DNA of 64,000 nucleotides from the human T2T-CHM13v2.0 reference genome, Homo sapiens: the NCBI RefSeq assembly GCF_009914755.1, contig NC_060929.1; one strand, 5' to 3'. The notes under the pieces are model-generated. The model was not told the origin of the DNA. It was given only the letters and a program-made list of their open reading frames with translations, and searched no databases. How positions within the stretch are numbered: the first letter of the stretch is position 1; each line of letters opens with the position of its first letter. The position numbers and the translations under genes were made by a program. Below are positions 12,271-26,267 of this stretch, in pieces.

Positions 12271-12875
12271 CACAACCTCAATTGAGGGTAAACATATTAT
12301 CAGATAGAGGATTTTTCTTAGATGTGCTAACTAATGGTAAATAATTCTCCAATCTGTAAATTATTTTTGTGGGAACTATAGGCATTTTGAGCCATGATCT
12401 TCATCCATGATGATTAAGCCTGCATAAAAATTCCAAGTAGTGCCAATTTGCCGTACCTGGTACTCTAAACAAGCTTTTTTTTTTTTTTGGTTTTCATACC
12501 ATTCACTAAAATGTAAGATAATTGAGTGAAAGATTAAAAGAATTATTTTATAAAGCCTATCAATACAGCCAGATCTAGTAAGTATTGTAATGGAAATCAT
12601 TTTGATGTTCAATGGGCTTGATAAAGGAAGATGAATTTGTTGAAACTCAACCATGGATGAAAAATGAATTGTGACATGGCAAACATTGCCCACATGAATT
12701 TCTAGGGTCAGCTTTGTAGCTGACTACCTGATCAATGAAAGTTTTACTGTAAAGAGCCAAATGGATCGAGTCATGGATAGCTTTCTTCACCTCTAAGCAG
12801 TTGCACGACAAGGTATTTTTAAAAAAATTTATTTTATATGAAAGACGCAATCTTTCTATTAAGAAGAAAATTGGG

Positions 12876-13191
<316 letters not shown>

Positions 13192-13909
13192 GGGTCATTG
13201 AATTATTCAGAAACTGAATGGTTATATAATAATCAATCAAATGTAGATATTCTGGTCACTTCCTGTGTCTCTAGTGGCTATTAAGAAGGCAAGGAGAAAC
13301 TTATTTTTCCTATGGGATGCACTTCCAACTTTCTTAAGAAAAACATCAAAGAAACATATACCTATTTTTCTGCTTCAGAATCCACCAACATCATCTGAAC
13401 TCAGCAAAGCCACAAAGCATAGGATCTTCCACACTGATTAAAACTTAGCTAAGGAGGTTATCACTACTGAATTCCATTCTACCTGAAATTCTCTACATTT
13501 TGCATTCAAATTTAAACATAAATATTATTTACAAAGCCATTAAAATATTCAAATGCTATTTATGTTCTCTTTTTCTCCTTCTAACATAGAAACAAAAATA
13601 TTTAAAGTTTTTGAAATTCAATCCAGTGGTGATTATTGAATTAAAACCATATTTAGAACTTTTAAAAAATTTAGTAACATTTTCTATTTCTGTTTTACAA
13701 TCAAGAAGTCCAGAATGGGAAAATAAGTTTTTTTTTTTTTTTTTTTTTTCTTAAAGAAAAAAACCAACAAAGCATATATGGGCCTTCGGAGAAAACAGCC
13801 TTAGTGTCCTTATTTATGAAGAATTTTTTTGAAAGAAAATGGTAGGAAACCCTAAATGATAATTTGATCTTCAGGCTGTCAACTAACTCTGCCCAGACTA
13901 TCTTTCATT

Positions 13910-14078
13910 TATATATGTGTGTATATATATGAAATGTATATATGTATATATGAAATATATATGTGTATATATGAAATATATATGTGTATATATGAAATAT
14001 ATATGTGTATATATGCATATATGAAATACATATGTGTATATATAAGTGTATATATGTGTGTATATGTGTGTGTGTGTA

Positions 14079-14134
<56 letters not shown>
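13910..14134. repeat. Compound TA/TG microsatellite with ~22-bp higher-order units
   Basis: About four copies of atatatgtgtatatatgaaat, then (TG)n, then (TA)n. Confidence 0.9.
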
Positions 14135-14135
<1 letters not shown>

Positions 14136-14318
14136 TCAGCCTCCTGAGTAGCTGGGACTACAGGCACGTGCCACCACGCCCGGCTAATTTTTGAATTTTT
14201 AGTAGAGATGGGGTTTCACCATGTTGGCCAAGATGGTCTCAATCTCTTGAACTCATGATCCACCTGCCTCAGCCTCCCAAAATGTTGGGATTACAGGCAT
14301 GAGCCACCGCGCCTGGCC
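14135..14318 (-). mobile_element. AluSc-like, missing its 3' third
   Basis: Reverse-strand Alu left arm and start of right arm with Sc-type gactacagg and atctcttga..tcatgatcc; abuts the microsatellite. Confidence 0.85.
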
Positions 14319-16415
14319 TCCATTAACATATATTGTTAAGTTTACATTGTAAGGATGCTGACAACAAAGCTTTTTATCTTGAAATATAATGTTCTCTCAT
14401 AGAAACCTAACTTGAAAATTTATGGAGACTTTGGCTGTGTTCAAGTGGTTCTTTCTCTGTGTTAGCTTTTGAAAATATTGGTTGGCAGCTATATTTTTAC
14501 AGTCTTATTTATATGTAATAGAGCAAGTAGAAGGTCATAGAAATCTAAGCTTGGAGCCATCTCTACCTGTATGGAGGTATCTCATATATCCCTTGAATTA
14601 AGGTAAGTATTATGTATTCTATATGTGTTAGTTCTATATGTGTTAGTAAAGCAATTAAAAACATCATTTTTCTACTTTTGACTTTTTATTTAAAAAGATG
14701 GTTAAGGAAATAATCAATAGCAAGATCACAGAAGGAAAAAAGTCAATAAAGCCTCTAATGATTTGCAATAAGTGGTGTAATTTTGAGTGTAAATACAAAA
14801 TACATTTTAAAATCACATACTTGGAAAAGTGTCCATATTTCATATTTACTATACTGTGTTAATTTATAGTTGTGTTTTCATTCTAGGAATGAAAGTACAT
14901 ACAAAGCCTCAGGCTGAAAAGTTCTGATTATTAGCAATGATAGTAAGGATTGTTCATAATATACAGTATTGAACAGAGAAAAAGATCTTAGATTTTTATT
15001 GGCTCTGCTGTTTTGCAATACAAATGCAAACTCCCTAAAGAAATGAGATGTGTCAAGTAGTGCTTGAAACACGGCCTCTTACAAACATAGGGAATGATTA
15101 TTTCTGCAAGTTTCAGTTTGCAGCAGCACCATATGCAGTGGCAGCTGAGCACTGGGAGCTTGGAGACCAGGGATCTTTTGGAACCCAATAAAGAAATTGT
15201 GACTTGCATGCAAAGTGCTAAAGAATCACTTTTCCGTAGTTCTAAATTATGCTGAGACTTCAAGGGGATAAAAAAGAACAAAGAAACATATTGCATTTCC
15301 AACCTGATGATCTTTAACAGAGAGCTAAGCAAATTAAGATGAAATTAATTATATGTAAAATATCCCCCCACCCCAAATTTTTCAAATAATATTGAAAAAT
15401 CCTTTTCTGCAGCAGGCAGTGTAGTGTCAGCTACATGTCTTTGCTCATTAAAAATAATATCATTTTTATTGTGTCTTCTCAACATTATCAAAAGATTCAA
15501 AACCATGGTGAAAGATCAAGGAGAAAATTTATTCCTCAGGTGTTGACTCTGTTCCCAAGTCACTCAAGCATTGCTCCATTGCTCTGTGTCAGCCTCAGAA
15601 CACTCAATTCAATTATAAGCTGCAGCCATGAGGGATCATGTTTTAATCTGTGTATAAACAAAGGAATAAAATAAAAACATCACATTTACAAATTCTAAAG
15701 ATGCTGCTTTTTATAATCTGAAACCAGGAATTATTGCAATCATATTACTTGATTCCCATAATGGGAAGAAATAGGGCACATCTGCATGTAAAGCCAGGCA
15801 TCCCTACTACAAATGACATACAATTAATGTGAAAATCATCACCCACTAGAAGCAAAAGGAAGACATCTAAGAATGCCATACAGTCGTGTATTTAACAATA
15901 GCTGTCATGTATTAAAAGACGCACATTTTCACATTATTGCTTTTCTAAAGAACCTGATTCATTTAGTTTCCCGAAAATAGGAAAAGAATCAGAAAAAGTA
16001 AGCTCAGTTTTCTAGCCATGGTCTAGCCCCTTTTAGGTAGGTTTCTGGAATCTAAATGCAGGACCATAATTCTGCATGATTTTTTTTTTTTTTTGAAAAT
16101 GAAAACTGCTTTGGGGAAGAGTGGTTACCACCGTCAGTGTGCTAGTTATCTAGATGTAAACAAGAACCCATAAAATCCTCTCACAATCTAATGACTTGTT
16201 GTAACCCACCTGCCACCTACCTGAATCATTTAGTATACCTCAATAAAAACTGTATTACTTTAACACTAAATGTGATGAAGACTTTATGCTGGCACTTAAT
16301 TATAGCTCTCTGCACTTTGTTTTTGTTGCATTTCCTTTGAGCATCAGTTTTGCATATTTTGAAAAACAACAAGCTAACATCCAGGAAGAGATATTAGAAA
16401 TATTATAACATAGCC

Positions 16416-16762
16416 CAGGGGTCCCCAGTCCCAGTGGGCTGGTAAGAACCGGGGCCGCACAGCAGGAGGTGAGCAGCGGGTGAGCATTACTGCCTGAGCA
16501 ACGCTTCCTGTCAGATCAACACTGGCATTAGATTCTCATAGGAGTACCAAACCTATTGTGAGCTGTGCACGCAAGAGTTGCCTGCTCCTTGTGAGAATCT
16601 AAACTAATGCTTGATGATCTGAGTATCTGAGGTGAAACAGTTTCATCTCTAAAGTATCCAACACCCAGCCCCCACCTCCCACCCCCACCTCCCTCTGCCT
16701 TCCATGGAAAAAACGTCTTCTACGAAACCATTCCCTCACGCCAAAAAGGTTGGGGACCACTG
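16416..16762 (+). mobile_element. MER1B hAT-Charlie MITE
   Basis: TIRs caggggtcccca ... gttggggaccactg; TSD acatagcc/acatagtc. Confidence 0.9.
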
Positions 16763-19129
16763 ACATAGTCTATACATAATGAGGATTTTTTTTTTTCAAA
16801 TTGTAGGACAAGCACAAAACTCTCACTGGCTTCTATTTCCCTGCAACATTCCAAGTGAAGGAGAATTCTTCTATCAGAAAATGATCAGTCTGCAGTGTTG
16901 GCATACTGGTATTTGACCATAGAGGACTGAGGAGTCTCATTTTTACATGACCTTTATTTCCAGGAGGGGTATATTTATTTAATTTCTCATAGAAAAAAGT
17001 CTATATAACCAGATAGCTGCATAGCCAGATGACCTTTTATTGCTCCTTCAAATAGGTCAAAATGAGCAGTGATTCCTGTTATTGGGAAATAATCAATCAG
17101 TGTTTTTTTTCTTTTTTTTTTTTAAAGAATAGAATGTTATTGTGAACTTTTGTGTGTAACAGAGAAGTGATAATTTGTTCATGTTTGAAAGATATTCCCT
17201 CAATGTTTAAATCAATAATCAGCCAAATGGGAAGATTGCAGCCGTGCTTGGTGCAGACTTCCTACCATTAGTGCCTATCTTTTTGGACCCGAAGAACTTA
17301 ACTGTGTTGGTCATGGGTCTTACTTAGGGTTGGTCAAACCATTTAGCTGGGCTGTATTTACTAAAGTCTAATAGGCAATAGAACGAGACCAATACATGTC
17401 AAAAATTCACATTTGAAGTGAATCTCAACCACGGCTGAGGCTTACATTTGGTTTCTTCTCAACTGTAAAGAAATGGAACATCTGGGGAGATTATTCAGAT
17501 ACACATTTTGATATTCCACCGCAACGTAAGGTATTAAAGGAATGCACTTTAAACAACTGTGTTTAAAAGGGGGGACAATTCAGTTCTATTCACTCTGTAG
17601 AAACGGAAAATATTTCATCTCAGTATTTCTCTTATATGTGTATGAGATAATGCTAATACTTATACTCAATAAATAATATGAGTGACATAAATTAATATGG
17701 GCATAAATGAATACTAATGCCTAGACAAAATGAGTGATTTGCCTTGCTTTATTGATTGGTTTACAAATTATGTTTACTGTCATATAGAAATTGTAGCTGC
17801 CTTGAACATGGCTAGTTAATTTGCTACATTAATCTGATGGTAACAGAGCTTAATTTCTCTGAGTCTTATCCAAAATAAACACGCCTGAATTTCACCATGG
17901 TGGTAGTTCTGAAATGTTCCCACTTCAGCAAAACTATTAATATCTACTGCCCAAAAACATAATTGTAGCAATAACTCTCCACTAAGAAATTGAATTAGTA
18001 CTTCTAGGTAGAGGAGAGTACAATTTTAAGCATAACTTAAACTTTCAACATGGCTCAAAAATGTCAAAAATCACTGCTTAAAGAAAACCATATAACTCAA
18101 AAGCACTCATTCATGATATTGCTATAAATAAGTGCTCTATATCTGCCTTATCACCAAATAGAGTTAGGATAGAGGTGTGTTGTTGTTGAAGTGTGGTATC
18201 AAATTGACTCTAGTATTTGAAAGGCAACTTTTATTGAAAATTGAAGATAACCTCTGAAAATCTTGAGTTATAAACAATCTGAGACCTCTGCCCTTTTTGT
18301 TGAAAACTTCTGTATTATATGCACCACAAGAGACATATTTACATCAAAAATGGAAACCCTTGAGCCTTGCTCAGTTAGTACAGAAAATGCAATCTAACTT
18401 CCTTTGGTTGATGTTTTATTAATAAAAATTGAAAAGAAACCTTCCATGAACTTGTAATTAGTTTACCATGCAAAGTGTTGACAAAAGCTCAAGTTCAGCA
18501 CTCTGGATTTCCCCCATGCTTGGCTGAATGAGAACAGTTCCTGGGCAATCATGCTGGGTCATGAAACTAATTGTGCTTTGTGAGGGTGAAAATTCTCAAT
18601 TTCCGAGCAGGGGACACTGCTGCATGACGGATGAATGTTAGAAATGTGGGATGCTGTGCTCTTTCATCTCTGTCACTGGATATTTATTCTGACTCGGCTT
18701 CTAAATTATTCATTTTCTTTAAGCAATCAATATTAATAATCTGATTTGCTCCCTGGCATTTTTAGTCACACTTCTGTTTAACTGACTGTAAATAAAGGTC
18801 ACTTGGAGGCTTCCTGCTGCTGTTCAGAAGGTCCTTGCCTAATTAATTCCCGACACTTTTTTCCCTATGACTGTGATTAGCAGCTGCAATCAGGTTGAGC
18901 AATTAGCTGCCTCCTTGCACTGTGATTTGCTCAGTACAGCCCCCAAGATGAGGCTCCATTCGGTCATTCAGTCTTTACTCTTAAAAAGTAGCTTGAGTAG
19001 GGAGGATTTATTTTTCACTTCGAGGTTTACAAATTTGCAGATAATTACAGAGGAGATTATTAAACCCATCTGCCAGCTGCTTTAGTCATCTCCCTGTTTA
19101 AGGTCCTCAAATCCTGAGCACCTTGGGAA

Positions 19130-19290
19130 GAGCACAGCTTGCTGGTGTTCTGGAACCAGAAAGGTTGGGGTTGCAATCCAGGCCTCCCTACTTACAAGCT
19201 CTTTGACCTTGGGCAAGTTATTTACTATCTCTGTCAATTAAAAGAAGCCCTCCCTCAGGGTTTGTAGTGAATATTAAATGATGCTAAATT
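19130..19290 (+). mobile_element. MIR SINE
   Basis: cttacaagctctttgaccttgggcaagttattt MIR core. Confidence 0.75.
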
Positions 19291-19294
19291 CACA

Positions 19295-20040
19295 AATGGA
19301 TTCAACAAATGTTTATTAAGAACTAGAAAGTTCTGGGTACAGGCTGTTTTGTAGAAACATGGTATGATGGTGGTAGAGAAAGAGAATGAATATGTAAGCA
19401 AACAAGTATATCCATAAATTGTGACTAACCTTGTGAAGGAAAAGAACTGAATGCTATGAGAGAGAGAATGTAACTTTAGATTGGGTGGTTCAGGAAAGCC
19501 TTGCTGAGGAATAACATTAAGTTGTATGTGTTCCAGGGTAGAAAGAGTGTGTATGTCTGCAGTGCAGTGAACTCTAGCTCAGCAGGTGGAGGGCACGGTA
19601 GGAGACAGAATTGAGATGGTATCTTTGGCCAGCTCACTCATTCAGGGGACAGAATGGCAGAGTGGTTGTGACTGGATTCAAATCCCAGCTCTGCCATTTA
19701 TTAAATTCATGACACTGAGCAAATCATTTATCCTCTTTATGTCTGCTTTTCCTACCTCATAGGATTGTTGAAGGCACTAAACAGGATTATATGAAATATT
19801 CAAACAAGCTTTGAAAACAGTAAGCACCTAGTGATGCTAAATATTATCACTGGATACTGATAAAAAGTTTGTATTATGTTGAGTATGATGAGAGGGCTCT
19901 GGCGTGTCTTTAAATTTTTTTAAAAGTCAGGGTGACTATAGCATGAAAAATTATATTGAAAGAGAACAAGGTGAAAATGAAGATTCTGATTGGAAGGCTA
20001 TATTCTTGCTCTAAGTTGACAAAGTGGAAATGGAAAGATG
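19295..20040 (-). mobile_element. L2 fragments interrupted by MIR
   Basis: attcaacaaatgtttatt tail; gggtggttcaggaaagccttgctgagga typical of L2. Confidence 0.6.
19650..19850 (+). mobile_element. MIR SINE
   Basis: ggattcaaatcccagctctgccattta...cctacctcataggattgttg. Confidence 0.75.
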
Positions 20041-20593
20041 CAAAAAGAGATAACACAGTCGATGTGTCCAATATACAGTAAGAGCTCAATAAATATTAGT
20101 TATCATCACTCTGATAATTTACTCACCCACTAATTGCCATTTATGTTCTTGTACCAGGTGATGATAGGTACTTAACTTTTACTTAGATTATACATTGCTT
20201 AATATATGAGAAGTGTAATCATTCATCTAAATTATTCATTTTTAGTTATCCTAGTAGTGTCAGATATATGTGAGCAAATGGGTTATATGAGCATTCATTT
20301 TGGGCATGTTTCTAAAAATATGAAGAAGCTGGGAGGCAGCCTAAAAGGACTATTCCATGTGTTATGCCAAGTTGTGGCTGGCAATGTAGTAGCTCAAAAC
20401 CGGCAGAACGGGAAGTGGGCGATAAGTAGGGGTGAGAAGCGTGAGGTCTGAAGCAGTGAAGGACAGTGATCCAGGTTAGGATGGAGGCAGGACACACTAT
20501 GGTTGGGAGCAGGTAAGATTCAGAAATCAGGAGGATGCAAATGAGGAGCAACCCGGGTTAAAGCAGTCAAGAAGTAGGATGCACTGATTAATA

Positions 20594-21088
20594 TATTCAT
20601 TTATTTAACAGTTATTTGTTAAATGCTTACTCTATGTCTATTCACTTTTCTGGGACCTGGGGATTCAGACACAAAGGACAAAAATCTGTGGCCTCATGAA
20701 GCTTACATTCCTGAAAGTGAAAGCAGATAACAGGAGGTAAATTAGTAAATTGCTATGTAAAAAATGATAAGAAAAATACAGTGGAAATAGACTACTATTT
20801 GATGGCTTTCACATACGCTGATGAGATAGAAGCTAATGGAGGGTTCTGAGAGGAGGAGTGACATGATTTATGTTTTAAAATGATCCCTTTGGCTCAGAAT
20901 AGACTGTAGGGTCAAAGATCAGTTAGGAGGTTGTTCTAAAACTCTGATGAGAGAAGATAGTGACTTGAACATGAATGGTAGCAGCAGAGGGGCTGAGAAG
21001 TGGCAGGATTCTGGATATAGTTTGAAGATAGAGCCAATTGGATTTACTGCTGAATGGGATGTAGGATGTGAGAGAAAGATGCAAGTCT
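20594..21088 (-). mobile_element. L2a-like fragment
   Basis: attcatttatttaac tail; gcctcatgaagcttacattc; gagaagtggcaggattctggatatagtttgaagatagagcca. Confidence 0.75.
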
Positions 21089-21089
21089 T

Positions 21090-21230
21090 CGGCAATGTGC
21101 TAGAACCAGCTCACACCAGTTAAGAAGAGCTGATTGTGCCATCTCTTCTTAATGCTACTCACAGTGAAGTCATAGTTAGCTTAAAAACATAAAATGAGAG
21201 AACATTTACACTATGGAAACCAGTAAGTAC
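21090..21230 (+). mobile_element. MER63-like hAT-Blackjack fragment
   Basis: tgtgctagaaccagctcacaccag...gagctgattgtg...catttacactatggaaa. Confidence 0.65.
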
Positions 21231-21282
21231 TCTCTCTCTCTCTCTCTCTTTTCATATGTGTGTGTATATATATAAATACACA

Positions 21283-23262
21283 TAGTTGACCCTTTAATAA
21301 CATGGATTTGAATCATGCATGTCCACTTATATGTGGATTTTTTTTTCAGTAAATATATTGGAACATTTTTTGGAGATTTGCAACAATTTGAAACAACTTA
21401 CAAATGAATTGTGTATCCTAGAAATATCAAAAATTAAGAAGGTAGGTATATCATGAGTGCATAAAATATATATAGGCATTTTTCTATCTTTTACTATCAT
21501 AAAATATACACAAATCTATTTTTAAAAGTTGCATTTTATCAAGAATTACACACACACAGACTTTACCTGGTGCTATTTAGTCAAGAGAAATGTAAACAAA
21601 GATAAAGAGGCACTACTGAATTATAACTGCATAAAATTAACTGTAGTACATACTGTACTACTGTAATAATTTTGTAGCTATCTCCTGGTGCTATTGTGGA
21701 GAACTCAAGTGTTATAATATCTGCTTAAAATACCCTGTAATGCTAATAATCTCCACATGAGCAGTTTGTCTCTCCGGTAAATTGCTTATTGCAATAAAAA
21801 GTGATTCTCGTGGTTCTCACATATTTTTCACTGTATTTAGTGCAATACTGTAAACCTTAAATAACACCATAGGACCCACATGGAGTGCCACTAGTGTTGC
21901 TGAAAGTGCTCCCAAGAAGCAGAGAAGAGTCATGACATTACAATAAAAAAGTTGAATTGCTTGATAATGCACCACAGATTGAGATCTATAGCTGTGATTG
22001 CCCACTATTTCAAGATAAATGCACCCAGCATATGGGCCACTGTAAAAACAGAAAAGGAAATTCATGAAGTCGCCATTGCATCCATACCACCATATAGGAA
22101 AACTTTTGCACCTTTTGTGAAATATCATTTTATCTCATAATGACAATGCAGCTTTTATGTGGGTACAGGAATGCTATAAGAAAGGCATATATATAGACTC
22201 CAATATTATGTGAAAAAAGCAAAGTCATTATATGACAACTTAAAGCAAAAGGAAGGAGAAGAATCTAAAGCTAGAGAATTTAATGCCAGCAAAGGATGGT
22301 TTGATAATTTTAGAAAGAGGTTTGTCTTAAGTAATGTTAAGATAACAAGAAAAGAAGCTTCTGCCAACCAAGAGGCTGCAGACAAATTTTTAGACACCAC
22401 TAGAAAAATCATTAAGAAGAAAGGATATCTGCCCGAACAGGTTTTTAACACAGACAGGAGTGTTCTATTTTGGAAAGAAAGTGCCACAAAATACATTTAT
22501 TTTTAAGAAAAAAAATCAAGCATCAAGATTTAAGCAGGAAGGGATAGGCTAACTATACTCTTCGGTGTAAATACGGTTGGCTTTATTATCAGAACTGCCC
22601 TATTTACAAAGCTGCTAACTCCTGAGTTTTGAAGGGAAAGATGAACATCAGATGCCAGTCTTTGATTGTACAACAAGAAGTCTGAACAATGAGAATACCT
22701 TTTCTGGATGGGTTGTGTTGATGCTTTGTCCCTAATGTCAGGAAGCACCTTGCCAGAAAGGGTCTGTCTTTTAAAGTTCTTCTGATATTGAACGATGGCC
22801 CTGGCCATCCAGAACACCATGAGTTCAAGACTAAAGGTGTTGAAGTGCTCTATTTACCCCCAAAGACAATATCTCAAATTTAGCCCCTAGATCAGGGGCC
22901 ACGGATTTTTAAGGCTCGTTACACAGGGTACCTATGGAAAGTATTGTCAATGCTATGGAAAAGAACCCTGATAGAAAAAAAATCATGAAAGTCTGGAAGG
23001 GTTACACCACTGAAGATGCCATCCTTGTTATAGAAAAAGCCGTGAAAGCCATCAAGCCTGAAACAATAAATTCCTGCTGGAGAAAACTGTATCCAGATGT
23101 AGTGCATGACTTCACAGGATTTATGACAGAGCCAGTGAAGAAAATCATGAAAGAGATATGGCAAAACAGGTGAGAGATGAAGGGTTTCAGGCTATGGATC
23201 TTGGAGAAATTTAAGATCAAATAGACACCACACCCAGGGGAATGAACAGAAAGTGGCTTGAG
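21283..23262 (+). mobile_element. Tigger2 (TcMar-Tigger), right end missing
   Basis: Left TIR tagttgaccctttaataacatggatttgaa; downstream pogo-like transposase remnants. Confidence 0.9.
21869..23260 (+). pseudogene. Disrupted Tigger2 transposase (CENP-B HTH + DDE_1)
   Basis: ORF pieces 'KAKSLYDNLKQK...FNASKGWFDNFRKR...GYLPEQVFNTD' and 'MKVWKGYTTEDAI...INSCWRKL', separated by stops and frameshifts. Confidence 0.85.
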
Positions 23263-24276
23263 TGACTTGAGAAAATTGTACTTTTCTAAGAAAATCTTAT
23301 CATTAAATGGCTGAAGAAGGAACCCATTTTTACTTATGGCATTGGAGCTTCCTCTTTTCCTGACAGCTACAAGCCGAAGTATGTGTCCCTCTGCAAGAGC
23401 AGATTTTCTTTTGCCTTTCTGTTCTGTTGAGCTGTTCGTTTAATCTTGCAGGGGATCTGACAGCTTTCTCTAGCTCCACAGCACTCACTGAGAAGCACCG
23501 AAAGAGAGAAGAAAGAATGCTGATGGCAGCTCCCATGAAGAGATCTGTTATGGGCTATGTGAGCAAAGTCTGCCTGTTTCCCAAGTGTCCAACACTCAGA
23601 ATTTAGGACTAGAAGTAGCAATTCCAACACTCTGTCTTTATGACAGTTTAGCTAATGAATGTAAGTGTTCAGCATAACCCATTTACTGGACAGTGGATGA
23701 TTCATATTGAGATGTGCTATAGAAAATGTCAAGTGCTTTTAATTTATGGACTGCATATATAGTTCATGTGGCTAAATTCTCTTCTTCTTGACACAGAGAA
23801 CAGGTGATGGGTATTCTCAATATACCCTATGTGAATAAGAAAAACATTTTGACAATATACACAATATTGCCCTCAAATGAACTGATTTTTGTGCACATTA
23901 GATAAAAGATTCTATTCACTCAATTGGACTTCTTCTCTAGTGACAACACAAGACAGAAGACCTGCTGGAGAAGTTGCTTCCACGTGAGACCCTGTCACTA
24001 ATGGAACTTATCACCACTTCCTCACAAACACTGTTCTTAGAGCTCATTTCCAGAGGGCCCTCCTCTTCTGTTCCGAACTCTCAGGCATTGACCACTCAAT
24101 CCTGTCCATTTCAGGTCTCTACCATTGGCAGACATCTGCTTGGCCTCTCTAACGATACCCACAAATATCCTATAATCACAGGAAAATAAGAGGCTAATGT
24201 AGATTCTGGATTCCAGGACTAATAGGAGTTCTTTGTCCCACAGTATTTTCTTTCTTTTTTTTTTTAAAAAACATAA

Positions 24277-24989
24277 TTTTTTTATTTTATTTTATTATTA
24301 TTATACTTTAAGTTTTAGGGTACATGTGCACAACGTGCAGGTTTGTTACATATGAATACATGTGCCATGTTGGTGTACTGCACCCATTAACTCATCATTT
24401 AGCATTAGGTATATCTCCTAATGCTATCCCTCCCCCCACCCCACAACAGTCCCCAGAGTGTGATGTTCCCCTTCCTGTGTCCATGTGTTCTCATTGTTCA
24501 TTTCCCACCTATGAGTGAGAACATGCAGTGTTTGGTTTTTTGTCCTTGTGATAGTTTGCTGAGAACGATGATTTCCAGTTTCATCCATGTCCCTACAAGG
24601 ATATGAACTCATCATTTTTTATGGCTGCATAGTATTCCATGGTGTATATGTGCCACATTTTCTTAATCCAGTCTATCGTTGTTGGACATTTGGGTTGGTT
24701 CCAAGTCTTTGCTATTGTGAATAGTGCCGCAATAGACATATGTGTGCATGTGTCTTTATAGCAGCATGATTTATAGTCCTTTGGGTATATACCCAGTAAT
24801 GGGATGGCTGGGTCAAATGGTATTTCTAGTTCTAGATCCCTGAGGAATCGCCACACTGACTTCCACAATGGTTGAACTAGTTTACAGTCCCACCAGCAGT
24901 GTAAAAGTGTTCCTATTTCTCCACATCCTCTCCAGCACCTGTTGTTTCCTGACTTTTTAATGACTGCCATTCTAACTGGTGTGAGATGG
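24277..24989 (-). mobile_element. 5'-truncated L1PA3/4-like 3' end
   Basis: ttatactttaagttttagggtacatgtgcacaacgtgcagg 3' UTR; ORF2 C-terminus '[26 protein letters not shown]'. Confidence 0.92.
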
Positions 24990-25084
24990 CATTTATACCA
25001 TTTTTCTTCCTCCTCCTTGAGGTAACTAACTATCATTATGAAGTTGGTGAATATCCTGCCCGTCAAAAGTCTCAGGCTTTCATG

Positions 25085-25312
25085 AGGCAGTATAGCATGG
25101 CATTGAAGATCGTAGATGCTGGGGCCAGTGCTGCCACTTTTTAATCATGTGACTTTGAGCAAATTCCATTCCTTAACTTCTCAGTTCCTTCATGTGAAAA
25201 ATGGAAATAATAGAGTCTAGTCCATCTGGTTATTGTGAGGATAAAATTTATTCATGTTTCTAAAAGTTCGTATTAAGCTCTGCGTGAATGTTAGCTATCA
25301 TTATTATTATTA
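25085..25312 (+). mobile_element. MIR SINE
   Basis: gcagtatagcatgg...tgtgactttgagcaaatt...ctcagttccttcatgtgaaaaatggaaataata. Confidence 0.75.
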
Positions 25313-25319
25313 ATATTAC

Positions 25320-25590
25320 AAATATTTGTCCATGTGTATGGTCTATGTTTATATAAAAGGTAGCAATGTAGTTTTTTTTCAGTCAACATTACATCTTTGT
25401 GATGTACCCATGTTGATATATTCAAACAGAGTGAATTAATCTTTACTCACTCATTTATAGCATATTCTACTAAATGTTTATATCATAGCTTAGATTCTTT
25501 TCTCACTGACTGATAATTTTACTGTGTCTAGTGTTTCCATTATTATATCTGGAGAACCCTTGTATATAGTTCCTGGGATATATACACATC
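25320..25590 (-). mobile_element. Old L1ME 3' fragment
   Basis: tcagtcaacattac...cccatgttgata...tatagcatattcta resembles the L1ME 3' region. Confidence 0.5.
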
Positions 25591-26267
25591 CTATTCATCT
25601 TTGTATTGCAGAAATTAGTGTCTTTCCAGACATAGTAGGTGTGGATGAGTCATTGTTAAAGTTAATTGACTTTTTATGTATTTACATCTTGGCTAAGCCC
25701 ATGGTGAGTTCTCTGAGATAGGAATGATGGGCACAAACTGGATGCTCAATAAACTGCTGAGATCTGGGACACATGAGGTCAGGCACGTGGCTGGCACAGC
25801 CAATCTTCCATATGTGAGAGGTTAACATGCTGAGTGAAGGACGTATGTCAATTATTTGAGGAGCATGCGACACTGAAAGTCTACTTGAGCAAAAGAGGGT
25901 TGTTTTTAAAAGAGAACCTGTAGGTGACACTCATATTGACATGCCATCGTTCTTGGCCTTCTTTAAAGTAGATTTTGATTCTTCAGCTTGGAAAGACAGG
26001 GATATTACTCTAATTTTCATGATGAATTGGAATCGGCAAGCCTCAAAGTTCTAACAAAAGAGGGATGCAGAAAGAACTCTTTGCAGTTTCCCAGTGATAT
26101 CATGCCAGTCTATGCCTCCAAGGCTTTGCCCAATTCCTTCTGCTTAAAATGCCCTTCCTCCCTGGTGAGCCTCTAATAAACATCTGTAAGAAGGCTTCCA
26201 GCCTGGCCTTAGGTTTCTTCATATCATACCGTACTTTTCATATTAATAGTTAAATATTGAAAGTAAT

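Noticed and set aside
13898-14194. YI/TH-repeat ORFs
   Set aside because: Translations of the microsatellite.
21869-23260. Possible domesticated TIGD/CENP-B-like gene
   Set aside because: Multiple stops and frameshifts with the TIR still attached; an ordinary Tigger2 fossil.
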